Assembly (NCBI GenBank): GCA_016875395.1
Contig: VGRF01000002.1
Coordinates: 207,815 to 271,814, forward strand
Length of the DNA stretch: 64,000 nucleotides
DNA from: Deltaproteobacteria bacterium
Lineage (GTDB): Bacteria > Myxococcota_A > UBA9160 > UBA6930
Reading direction: 5' to 3'
Each line of letters opens with the position of its first letter. Position 1 is the first letter of the stretch. The position numbers were made by a program, and so were the translations under genes. The notes below the pieces were generated by a model, which was not told the DNA's origin, did not search any database, and was given only the letters and a program-made list of their open reading frames with translations. Shown piece after piece: positions 1 through 8,821 of this stretch.

Positions 1-224
1 CCGCGCTCGAGCTCTCGAACCTGCTCGACTGCGCCGAGGCCGTCGCGACGGCCGCCGCGCAGCGCAAGGAGTCGCGCGGCGCCCACGCACGGCGCGACTT
101 CCCGAAGCGCGACGACGCGAGCTTCCTGCACCACTCGCTGGTTTATTACGGCGGGAACGCCCCGCGCTTCGCCACGAAGCCCGTGACGATGGGCGTGTGG
201 GTGCCGGAAGAGCGGAAGTATTAG
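1..224 (+). CDS. frdA: succinate dehydrogenase/fumarate reductase flavoprotein subunit, C-terminal fragment (5' end outside window)
   Basis: Frame 3 is open from the window edge. Translation ...[34 protein letters not shown]... matches the conserved FrdA/SdhA C-terminus. TAG at 222-224; frdB, frdC and frdD follow. Confidence 0.85.
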   Translation, partial: ALELSNLLDCAEAVATAAAQRKESRGAHARRDFPKRDDASFLHHSLVYYGGNAPRFATKPVTMGVWVPEERKY

Positions 225-344
225 GCGAGGCCGGGATCTCGATGCACCGATCGAAAGCAGCTCGGGAAGCCGCAAGCCGGCCAGCGGCGCAAAGCGCCGC
301 AGTCGGCGCGCGGTGAGCCGAAGGCGAACGGAGAATCGCAACAG

Positions 345-1088
345 ATGGCGCAAGTGAAGAAGACTCTGATCGTTACGCGCTTCGATCCCGACAAGGATCA
401 AGCGCCGCGCACGCAGAAGTACGAGATCTCGATCGAGGACGACGCGAAGGTTCTCGACGCGCTGAATCAGATCAAAGACCACGTCGACCCGACGCTCTCG
501 CACCGCTGGTCGTGCCGGATGGCGGTTTGCGGCAGCTGCGGCATGAACGTGAACGGCAAGCCGAAGCTCACCTGCAAGGATCCGATCTCGGCCTACGGCG
601 ACGTCATCGAGGTCACGCCGCTCGCGAGTTTCCCCGTGGTGAAGGACCTCGTCGTCGAGCTCGAAGGCTTCATGGACAAGTTCAAGAAGGTGAAGCCTTG
701 GATCATGGTGGCGAAGGAGCGGGCGGTGGAAGCCGGCCCGACCAAGCAGTCGCCCGACGAGCTCGCCGACTTCAAGCAGTTCAGCATGTGCATCAACTGC
801 ATGCTCTGTTACTCGGCATGCCCCGTCGTCTCGAACGAGCCGGACTTCCTCGGGCCCGCCGCGATCGCGATCGGGCACCGGTACAACCAGGACACGCGCG
901 ACGAAGGCGCGCGTGAGCGCAACGAGATCTTCCGCGACGACGGTGGCGTGTTCTCGTGCTCGTACGCGAACGAGTGCAGCGAGGTCTGCCCGAAGCACGT
1001 CGATCCGTCGGCGGCGATCCAGCAGGCGAAGCTCAACAACGTGCTCGACTGGGCCAAGAGCTTCGTCGTCCCGCGAGGAGGCAAGTGA
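345..1088 (+). CDS. frdB: succinate dehydrogenase/fumarate reductase iron-sulfur subunit
   Basis: 247-aa ORF with three Fe-S cysteine clusters (CRMAVCGSCG, CINCMLCYSACP, CSYANECSEVCP). Confidence 0.9.
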   Translation: MAQVKKTLIVTRFDPDKDQAPRTQKYEISIEDDAKVLDALNQIKDHVDPTLSHRWSCRMAVCGSCGMNVNGKPKLTCKDPISAYGDVIEVTPLASFPVVKDLVVELEGFMDKFKKVKPWIMVAKERAVEAGPTKQSPDELADFKQFSMCINCMLCYSACPVVSNEPDFLGPAAIAIGHRYNQDTRDEGARERNEIFRDDGGVFSCSYANECSEVCPKHVDPSAAIQQAKLNNVLDWAKSFVVPRGGK

Positions 1089-1528
1089 TGCACGCGAGAC
1101 CGCGCCTCGACGCGATGCGCCCGAAGAAAGAAGGCGCGACCCGCACCGCCGATCCGCGTCCGCCGGATCGCTTCCCGTTCGGCGGCAACTACGGGCCGTA
1201 CCTGTTGTTCGGCAGCTGCGGCGCGTTCCTGCTGTTCACCTCGCTGATCGCGATCGAGTTCGTGATGGCGCTCGGCGGCGGCCAGGCAAAGTACGAAGCG
1301 TTCATGTCGCGCATCCAAGGCGGCGCCTATCGGGCGTACTTCTGGATCGCGCTCGTCGCGCTGATCTGGTTCACGGTGCGCTTCTTCCGCCTGTTCCCGA
1401 AGACGCAGCCGTACCGGCTCGGGCCGTTCAAGCGCCCGCCGGACGCGGTCCTGCTCACCGGCCTGCTCGGCGCGTTCGTCGTGCTCAACCTCGCCGTCGC
1501 GGTGATTCTCGGAGGCGTGCTCGGATGA
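1088..1528 (+). CDS. frdC: fumarate reductase membrane anchor subunit C
   Basis: ATG at 1088 overlaps the frdB stop (TGATG). About 146 aa with three hydrophobic helices and an E. coli-type FrdC layout. The longer ORF start at 956 lies inside frdB and is rejected. Confidence 0.7.
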   Translation: MHARPRLDAMRPKKEGATRTADPRPPDRFPFGGNYGPYLLFGSCGAFLLFTSLIAIEFVMALGGGQAKYEAFMSRIQGGAYRAYFWIALVALIWFTVRFFRLFPKTQPYRLGPFKRPPDAVLLTGLLGAFVVLNLAVAVILGGVLG

Positions 1529-1875
1529 AAGCGCTGATGCTCAAGCTCGAGCCCTTGATCTGGCTGCTCTTCGGCGCGGGCATGATGGTGGGCGGCTTCG
1601 TGCTGCCCGCGTTCATCGCGACCGTCGGCCTCGGCCTGATCGGCAACGAGGCCGCCTACTCCTACGACCGCATGTACGCGTTCTTCTCGAACCCGATCGC
1701 GAAGCTGGCCGCGGTCGCCGCGATGGCGCTGCCGCTCTGGGGCGGCGTCCACCACCTGCGCCACGTGTGGATCGACTTCGGCGGGTTGAAGACGGACGGC
1801 ATCGTCGGCGGACTGCTCTACCTGCTCGCGCTCGGCGGCAGCGTCGCGGCGATCGTCGCGGTCGTCACGCTGTAA
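1525..1875 (+). CDS. frdD: fumarate reductase membrane anchor subunit D
   Basis: ATG at 1525 overlaps the frdC stop (ATGA). 116 aa; EPLIWLLFGAGMM and LPLWGGVHHLRHVWIDF resemble FrdD. Confidence 0.8.
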   Translation: MKALMLKLEPLIWLLFGAGMMVGGFVLPAFIATVGLGLIGNEAAYSYDRMYAFFSNPIAKLAAVAAMALPLWGGVHHLRHVWIDFGGLKTDGIVGGLLYLLALGGSVAAIVAVVTL

Positions 1876-1885
1876 GCCGCTGCGC

Positions 1886-3088
1886 ATGGCGAGCAATCCC
1901 GGCAGACCGCTTGCTGGGCTGAGGATTCTCGACCTCACGCGCGTCGTCGCGGGTCCGTTCGCGACCGCGATCTTCGCGGACCTCGGCGCCGAGGTGATCA
2001 AGATCGAGGCGCCGCGCACCGGCGACGACTACCGCGCGGGCCCGTCGCCGCCGGGGCAGACCTCGCTCTCGTTCCAGAACAACAACCGCGGCAAGCGCTC
2101 CATCACGCTCGACGTGCGCACGTCTGAAGGGCGCGAGTTGTTACTGAAGCTCGTCGACCGCGCCGATGCGCTCGTCGAGAACTTCCGCGCGGGCTACCTG
2201 GCGAAGTGCGGCCTCGGCGCGGACGTGCTGCAGGCGCGCAATCCGCGCCTCGTGGTCGCCGCGATCAGCGGCTTCGGGCAGACCGGGCCGCGCGCCGGCG
2301 AGCCGAGCTACGACATCGTCGCGCAGGCGACCGGCGGCCTGCTCGCGATGACGGGCTTCCCCGACGCCACACCCGTTCGCGCAGGCGGCGCCACCGCGGA
2401 CTTCGTGGGCGGCCTCTACCTCGCGCTCGGCGTGGTCGTCGCGCTGCTCGAGCGCGAGCGCACCGGCATTGCACGCGTGCTCGATCTCTCGAACCAAGAC
2501 TGCATCTTCGCGATCGCCGATTCCGCCGCGACGATCTACGCCGGCATCGGCGCGAAGATGGAGCGCGTCGGCAACGCGCACCCGTTCACGTCGCCGTACG
2601 ACTGCTTCGCCACGAGCGACGGCTTCGTCGTAGTGGGCACCGCCAGCAACAAGCTCTTCCGTAAGCTGTGCGAAGGCATCGCGCGCCCCGAGCTCGGGCG
2701 CGACGAGCGCTTCAAGAGCCACCGCATGCGCGCCGCGAACCGGCCCGAGCTCACCGCGATCCTCGCCGCGTGGATGCGCGCGCGCAGCTGTGACGAAGTG
2801 CTCGCCGCGCTCGGCCCGCGCGGCGTCGACGTGCCCGTCGCGCGCGTCTCCTCGCCGCACGAGCTGCTCGATGACCCGCAGCTCGTGGCGCGCGGCATGA
2901 TCGAGCGCCACCCGCACCCGCAGCTCGGCGAGGTCGTGTTCCACGGCAACGCGCTGAAGCTCTCGGGCGCCGTACCGCGCGAGCGCGCGCTCGCGCCGGA
3001 GCTGGGTGAAGCGAACGGGGAAGTGTTCGGCGAGATCGGCGTGACGGCGGGGGAGTTGGCGGGGCTGAGGGAGCGTGGGGTGGTGTGA
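1886..3088 (+). CDS. class III CoA-transferase (CaiB/BaiF family)
   Basis: 400-aa ORF. N-terminal LRILDLTRVVAGPFATAIFADLGAEVIKIE is the family III CoA-transferase signature. Confidence 0.85.
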   Translation: MASNPGRPLAGLRILDLTRVVAGPFATAIFADLGAEVIKIEAPRTGDDYRAGPSPPGQTSLSFQNNNRGKRSITLDVRTSEGRELLLKLVDRADALVENFRAGYLAKCGLGADVLQARNPRLVVAAISGFGQTGPRAGEPSYDIVAQATGGLLAMTGFPDATPVRAGGATADFVGGLYLALGVVVALLERERTGIARVLDLSNQDCIFAIADSAATIYAGIGAKMERVGNAHPFTSPYDCFATSDGFVVVGTASNKLFRKLCEGIARPELGRDERFKSHRMRAANRPELTAILAAWMRARSCDEVLAALGPRGVDVPVARVSSPHELLDDPQLVARGMIERHPHPQLGEVVFHGNALKLSGAVPRERALAPELGEANGEVFGEIGVTAGELAGLRERGVV

Positions 3089-3089
3089 G

Positions 3090-3502
3090 GTGAGCGAGAG
3101 CGCCGACCCTTCCCCGATCGGGAAACTGTGGCGTGACTACCAGCGCATGTACGCCGCGGCCTACCGATTCGCGCCGCTGCTCGGCGGCAAGTTCCTCGAC
3201 TCACCGGAGTCGTTCGCGCAGACGCACATCGCCGGCCTCGCGATGTGCAACTTCATGAGCGTTTTTTTCTCCTCGACGCTTTGGACTGGGTCGGCGAGGT
3301 CGGAACTCTCGTAACCGTCGTGCTGGAGCCACTCGTCGCATTTGTCGGCCACTACGTCTTGTTCGGTCGTGACCGCAGTCGCGAGATCGCTCGGCGATTC
3401 GCCAAGGATCGCTTCGGCGGCGTGCTCGTGATCTACACGGCGCTGAGCGCGGCTGGGTTCGCGAGCTTCCTCGCTCTTGCTCGGAGTGTGAACGCACCCT
3501 GA
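3090..3502 (+). pseudogene. small hydrophobic protein split by a 1-nt frameshift in a T7 run (or two unrelated small ORFs)
   Basis: ORFs 3075-3314 and 3245-3502 join into one sensible reading (..CNFMSVFF/LLDALDWVGEVG..) if the T7 run at 3262-3268 were T8. Putative GTG start at 3090. No family recognised. Confidence 0.3.
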
Positions 3503-3516
3503 GAGTGGCGCGCCGT

Positions 3517-5388
3517 TCACGGCTCCACGCTTCGGAGCGCGCGCTTCGCGATTTCGTGGTACTCGGGGCCGAGCAGCAGCCGCGCCTGCCAGAGATCGAA
3601 CGCAGCCTTTGCGCCTTGGGGAGCGGTCGGATCGCTCGCGTCCTCAGCCAATGGCTTGAAGCCGCCAAACAAAAAGCACGGCTCGCCCTTCGCGAACCCT
3701 TCCCTTCGCACGTTCCAGCCGAGATAGACGCCTCGCTTCTCCTCGAGCGCCCACAGCCGAATGCCCACGGCGTCGTTCCCATCTGCGTCCGTCTTCGGCA
3801 CGAGCGGGTCCCACCCCTCTCCCACCACCGCTGGCGGCACGCGCGCGTAGTCGACGCGCTGCACGTTGTTAGGTCGCGGCTCGTTCGCAGCCGCCTCGCG
3901 CAGCTCGCCTTGCGCGAGGCGCGGCCACACGCTCGCAGGCGGCTCGGCCTCGCCGCGCACCCACCGCTCCATCGCGACGACGAGCGCGCGGATCACGGGC
4001 GAGTACTTCACCGGGTTCGCGGGCAGCTCGCACCAGGGCGCAGTCATGCCCGGCGCGTGCGAGGCGCCGGCGATGAAGTACGCGCGCACGTTCTCCGGGA
4101 ACGCGACGTCGTGGCCGGCGCCGTCCGTGCCCACGAGCGACGCGCCGGCCTGCCAGAACTCGGCGCTGGTGTCGACGTGCATCAGCTTCGGGCACGATTT
4201 CGTCTCGCCGCAGCGCGCGAAGATGCCGTCGCGCGCGCTCGTCACGGGATCGGTCGTCACGGCGTACGTGAACGGAAACTGGTTGCCCGGCACGCGCTGC
4301 TCTTCGTGCGCGCGCGAGAAGCGTCCGGGCTGGCCCCAGCGCCAATTCGTGTAGGTCTTGCGCGAGCCCGCGATCACGGGGAGCACGCCTTCGAACAGCG
4401 CGCGGCCCTCGCCGTCGACGTGGAAGCCCTGCCACAGCAGGTCGCGCAGGTAGCGGCCCGACTGCGAGAAGCCGATCGCGAGCGCGCGCTTCACTTCGCC
4501 CGCGAGTGGATTCGGCGTTCCGCGCGCGTCGGTCTTGGCGAAGCGCAGGAACGAGATCACGTCGCGCGTCGCAGCGAAGCCGAGGCCCGTAACAAGCGGG
4601 TCGCGAGCGGTGTAGACGATCTCGTAGATCGCACCCGCGTCCATGTCCGAGGGGCGGTCGATCTCGAGCGTGCGCGCGTCGATCACGCGAATCGCACTCG
4701 CATCGAGCATGCGCGGCGCGTCGGGCTGGCGCGCACGCACGCTCACGCTGACCTGCGGCGCCTCGACGCTCGCGAGCGCATATGGGAGCGCGATGCGCGC
4801 GGGCGTCGTGGTGTGATCGAACACGATCTCGAGCTGCACCGGGCCCGAGATCGGCGCGTCGCCATCGCGCGCGATCGGAAAGCGCGCACTCATCAGGCCG
4901 GGGCCGACGACGTCCGCCTGCCAACCGATCCACACGAGCGTGAAGCCGCGCTTCAGCGCGAAGCCGTTGCCCGGGTCGCTCGTGCCGTCGCTCGGCTCGC
5001 CCGGAGTGAACGAAACCGCCGCGTCGTTGAGCGACGCCATCGCCGCCTTGCGCCCGCGGTTCAGCACGTCGAGCAGCAGCGTGCCGTTCGCGCGCGCCGC
5101 GTCCTTCGGGCGCAGGATCACGACATCCGTGTCGTACGCGATGCGACCGCGCGCATCGCGCGGCGCGAGGGCGAGGTCCACGATTCCCGAGCTCGCCGCG
5201 TGCGCCGGGTCGACACTCACGTGCGCGACCGCCTCGATCTTCTCGTACGCGCCCGCCTCGCCGAATGCCGCACCGCCGAACGCGTCGCCACGCGCGCGAA
5301 TCTCGAAACGCTCGACGCGCGCGGCCGGCGCCTCCGCCTCCGCGAGCGCAGCGAACATCAGCACAGCGAGTGCAAACCTGAGCCTCAC
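3517..5388 (-). CDS. secreted alpha/beta-hydrolase-fold protein
   Basis: GTG at 5388 overlaps the upstream stop (GTGA) and is preceded by GAGGTG. Signal-like N-terminus VRLRFALAVLMFAALAEA. GFSQSG nucleophile elbow. The longer 858-aa ORF N-terminus is Arg-rich noise. Confidence 0.7.
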   Translation of the reverse strand: MRLRFALAVLMFAALAEAEAPAARVERFEIRARGDAFGGAAFGEAGAYEKIEAVAHVSVDPAHAASSGIVDLALAPRDARGRIAYDTDVVILRPKDAARANGTLLLDVLNRGRKAAMASLNDAAVSFTPGEPSDGTSDPGNGFALKRGFTLVWIGWQADVVGPGLMSARFPIARDGDAPISGPVQLEIVFDHTTTPARIALPYALASVEAPQVSVSVRARQPDAPRMLDASAIRVIDARTLEIDRPSDMDAGAIYEIVYTARDPLVTGLGFAATRDVISFLRFAKTDARGTPNPLAGEVKRALAIGFSQSGRYLRDLLWQGFHVDGEGRALFEGVLPVIAGSRKTYTNWRWGQPGRFSRAHEEQRVPGNQFPFTYAVTTDPVTSARDGIFARCGETKSCPKLMHVDTSAEFWQAGASLVGTDGAGHDVAFPENVRAYFIAGASHAPGMTAPWCELPANPVKYSPVIRALVVAMERWVRGEAEPPASVWPRLAQGELREAAANEPRPNNVQRVDYARVPPAVVGEGWDPLVPKTDADGNDAVGIRLWALEEKRGVYLGWNVRREGFAKGEPCFLFGGFKPLAEDASDPTAPQGAKAAFDLWQARLLLGPEYHEIAKRALRSVEP

Positions 5389-6902
5389 GGCGTCACCTCG
5401 AAGATCAGCGCGTGCGCGTCGTTGTAGATCAGTCGAAAGCGCGCATCGCGCGCGAGCCCGAGCGCCATGGTGCGCTCCGCAGCGCTCTTCTGCACGAACA
5501 CGAAGCGCGCGCCGAAGTCGCGCGCCACGATCGTGTGCGCGTCGCTCGCGTCCCAGCGGTAGACGCGCAGCATCTTCGCGAAGAGCTAGGGGTCGAAGCG
5601 GTACAAGAAGATCGGATCGAGGGCCTCGATGTACGTGCCGTTCGGGCGGTAGTAGTAAAGCGGCGCGAACGGGATCCAGAAGTTGTGGTAGACGACGTCG
5701 CTCGGCTGCGCGCGGCGATCGAGGAACGCGATCGCGGGGCGCAGCTTCTCGGCAGGCGCTTCCGCCGCCGCGATGCGCGCGGGGAGCGCGGGCAGCGTTC
5801 GCGCAGCGCCGAGCGCGATGCAGAGCGCCAGTGCGCCGCCGAGCGCTGCGCAGTGTCCGCTCCGCAACAACTCGCGCGGGCGGGATTCGCCGAAGCACTC
5901 GCTCGCGGCGCGCCAGGCGGCGAGCACGGCGACGGGCACGAGGAAGAACGCGAAGCGATTCGCGAGCCCGCACGCGAGCAGCAGCGCCGCAGCGAAGCCG
6001 AACAGCGTGAGCGCTTCGCTGGACGGCGGCGTGACGCGCCAGCGCGCGAGCAGCGCAGCGCCTGCGGCGAGCGCGCCCGCCCACACGGGCCACAGTTGCA
6101 AGATGCCCGCGAGCGAGATCGGCATCAGCTCGCTGCCGAACACGTCCGGCGGCACGTCGGCGCGCGCGCCGGAAACGCTGCGCGCCACTTCAATCGCCTG
6201 GTCGAAGGCGATCGAGAGGTTGTTGGGGAAGTAGGGATGCAGCAGGGACGCGGCGATGATTCCGAGCGCGATGCCCGCCGCCGGCTTCCACGGCAGCGGC
6301 TGCCCACGCATTCGCGACGCGAGCGTGTGGGCGATGGGCAACGCGAGCAGCGTGAGGAACGAGGTGTGCGCGAGCGTGTGCGCCGCGGCGACGAGCGCGA
6401 GCGTCTTCCAGCGCCCCTCGAGCACGAGCACGATCTCCACGAGCAGCAAGGCGAGGCCTAACAGGTGTGGACGCACCTTCACGAGGTGCAGCCAGATCCA
6501 CGGCTCGCTCGCGGCGAGCAAGAGCACGGCCGCCCACGCGAAGCGCACCCGCAGGCGCGCGAGCGCGAAGCCGAACGCGCCGAGCACGAGCGCGCCGAGC
6601 GCGAGCGCCGCGCGCTTCGCGCCGGGCACCGAGGCGTTCTCGCCGACGAACGGGATCAGCGCGACGTGAAAGAGAAAGTCCTTGTCGCTGTAGCGATCGC
6701 GCCAAGTGCTGAATGCGGTCTGCGGGAACTCGCGGCGCACGCCGTGCTCGGCGAGCTGCTGCGCCGCGCGCGCGTGGAAGTAGCTGTCGCCGTCGTAGAG
6801 GCGCGGCGATGCGAATTGGAAGTGCGCGAGCGCGGCAAAGAAGAGCAGCAGCGCGGCGCCGAGTGCGATGCGGTCCCGCGCGGTCGGCGACGGCGTCGTC
6901 AC
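5385..6902 (-). pseudogene. polytopic membrane protein, GT-C/PMT-like glycosyltransferase candidate, interrupted by an in-frame TAG
   Basis: ORFs 5586-7223 and 5385-5573 are in the same frame, separated only by a TAG (cta at 5586-5588): ..FLYRFDP*LFAKMLRVYRWD... Many TM helices, with LYDGDSYFH in the first loop. GTG start at 6902 and the stop at 5385 are both in GTGA overlaps with neighbouring genes. Confidence 0.6.
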
Positions 6903-7939
6903 TTCGGCGTCGTACTCGCGGCTGGCGTCGGGTCCGCCCAGTGCACGACGACGGGAATGCGCGCCGGCAACTGCCTGTCTGGCCGCGCCTCCACGAACTC
7001 GCGGAACTCGTCGAGCTGCAATCCCGGCGGCTCGCTCCAGAACGACGCGCGCTGGGTCGTCCAGAGCAGCTCGGGCCCGAAGCCGGCCAGGTGTGCGGCG
7101 CGGAGCTCCGCTCCGGACCCGGTCTCGGACGGCTCGCACAGTCCTTGCGTCTTCGCGTCGTCTGCGAGCTTCGCGAGGATGGCGTCGCGAATTCGCGCCT
7201 CGCGCTCGAAGGTCGAGAGCCACTCGCCGCGCTCCAGTGCGCGCTGGATCTCGAGTGCGTAGAGGAGGGCGAGCGCGAGCTCACAGGGGCCGCCGCGCTC
7301 CGGGTCGTGCTCGATCGAGACCGCGAGATCGCGCTCCGGGCGCTGCACCACCAGCGCGAGCTCCGCGAGGAACTCGCGGCGCGCGGTGTCGATCGCGGCG
7401 TCGACCTCGGCGCTGGGAACGCCGAGACGCGTGGCGCGCATCTTCACGAAGTCGGTACCGAGCAGCGTCAGGAACGCGCGCGTCTGCAGAGGCTCGCCGC
7501 TCGGATGCGTGCCCTGATAACTCGCCTGGATGCCGTCCACCTCGCCCCACTTCGTCGACGCGCGCGACACCTCCTCGAGCTCGAGAGCGATCTTCCACTC
7601 GTTCTGCCCCGCGGCGTACTCGACCTCGCGCTTGGTCTGCTCGTACTGCGCCCAGAGCGCGTCCGCGACCGAGACCTGGCGGGGCAAGTTGAGTGCGGAG
7701 AACACGTAGAAGTCGAGGCGCAGCGCGGGGTCCTCACCCGCGTAGCTCGCGCCGAAGCCGGCCTCCGCTTCCGCAATGTCCGAGCGCCGGGCGAGATCGA
7801 AGGAGCCGACGCGAGCGGGCAGCGCGTACTCGGCGCTCGAGGTGCGCACCGCCGGGGCGCGCTGCGCTGAGGGCGCCGCGAGCGGCGAAGCGCACGCGAG
7901 CGCGAGGCAGAGCGGGATCAGGGCGACGAGTCGAGGCAC
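6899..7939 (-). CDS. lipoprotein of unknown function
   Basis: GTG at 7939 gives VPRLVALIPLCLALAC with a lipobox. 346 aa; no family recognised. Lies in the operon between the GT2 and membrane GT genes. Confidence 0.6.
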   Translation of the reverse strand: MPRLVALIPLCLALACASPLAAPSAQRAPAVRTSSAEYALPARVGSFDLARRSDIAEAEAGFGASYAGEDPALRLDFYVFSALNLPRQVSVADALWAQYEQTKREVEYAAGQNEWKIALELEEVSRASTKWGEVDGIQASYQGTHPSGEPLQTRAFLTLLGTDFVKMRATRLGVPSAEVDAAIDTARREFLAELALVVQRPERDLAVSIEHDPERGGPCELALALLYALEIQRALERGEWLSTFEREARIRDAILAKLADDAKTQGLCEPSETGSGAELRAAHLAGFGPELLWTTQRASFWSEPPGLQLDEFREFVEARPDRQLPARIPVVVHWADPTPAASTTPK

Positions 7940-7980
7940 GCGCGCATTCTGCCACGCGCGCGCGGCGGCGGAGCGCGCGT

Positions 7981-8700
7981 TCAGCCTGCCTTCAGGCGCG
8001 TGAAGCGATGCGCGACGATCGCGCTGACCGCTCGCAGCGCGTCGCTCGCGCGGATTTTCTTGCCCTCGCGGTAGCTGCGCGCGCGGTAGCGGATCGGCAC
8101 TTCGTAGAAGCGAGCGCCGGTGCGATGCAGCTTGGCGGTGAGCTCGGCCTCGATCGTGAACGTGGCGGCCGTGAGGTGCAGCGGCTTCACGAGCTCGGCG
8201 CGCATCGCTTTGTAGCCGGTGTAGAGGTCGGTGAAGTTGGTGTTGTAGACGACGTTCGCGGTGAGCGTGATCAGCTTGTTCGCGAGCGTGGTCCAGAAGT
8301 AGTTGACGCTGTGCTCGGCGCCGAGGAAGCGCGAGCCGTAGACGGCGTCGGCGACGCCGGCCTCGATCGGCCCTAACAAGCTCGGGATGTCGCGGGGCGA
8401 GTACTCGAGGTCGGCGTCTTGGATCACGAGCACGTCGCCGCTCGCGAGCGCGAATCCGGTGCGCACCGCCGAGCCCTTGCCGCGCGGGCGCTCGTGACGC
8501 GCGCAGCGAACGCGCGAGTCCGCGGCGGCGAGCTCCGCGATCACGCGCGGCGTCGCGTCGCTCGAGCCGTCGTCCACGATCACGACCTCGAGGTCGTACG
8601 CAGAGAGCGCCTCGCGCACCGCGTCCACCACGGCGCGCAGCGTGCGCTCCTCGTTCAGCGCTGGAATCACTACCGAGACGCGCAGCGGGCGGGACGTCAT
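7981..8700 (-). CDS. family 2 glycosyltransferase (polyprenol-phosphate sugar synthase-like)
   Basis: 239 aa; VSVVIPALNEE, VIVDDGSSD and VIQDADLEY motifs typical of DPM1/ArnC-like GT2 enzymes. Confidence 0.85.
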   Translation of the reverse strand: MTSRPLRVSVVIPALNEERTLRAVVDAVREALSAYDLEVVIVDDGSSDATPRVIAELAAADSRVRCARHERPRGKGSAVRTGFALASGDVLVIQDADLEYSPRDIPSLLGPIEAGVADAVYGSRFLGAEHSVNYFWTTLANKLITLTANVVYNTNFTDLYTGYKAMRAELVKPLHLTAATFTIEAELTAKLHRTGARFYEVPIRYRARSYREGKKIRASDALRAVSAIVAHRFTRLKAG

Positions 8701-8761
8701 GCGCCGCGAGAGTTAGCAGGACGCGAGACACGACAGGACGCGAGCGGGCGAAAGCGGACAG

Positions 8762-8796
8762 ATCGCGGAGCCAGCGTCAGACGCAAAATCCGCGAT
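8762..8796 (-). repeat. hairpin element with GCGTCAGACGC loop palindrome (family B, copy 3)
   Basis: Stem ATCGCGGA (8762-8769) pairs with TCCGCGAT (8789-8796). The loop holds CCAGCGTCAGACGC. Same architecture as the elements at 36281-36364 and 55420-55454. Lies 60-100 nt upstream of the GT2 start. Confidence 0.5.
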
Positions 8797-8821
8797 TCCG
8801 CCGCGCGACGACGTCCCGCCC

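Noticed and set aside
913-1875. Long N-terminal extensions of the frdC and frdD ORFs (starts at 956 and 913)
   Set aside because: The extensions overlap frdB out of frame and translate to Arg-rich noise. Internal ATGs at 1088 and 1525 overlap the preceding stop codons and give proteins of canonical size.
5586-5588. In-frame TAG as pyrrolysine or another programmed recoding event
   Set aside because: No pyl genes or any other in-frame TAG were seen in the window. A point mutation or base-call error is the simpler explanation.
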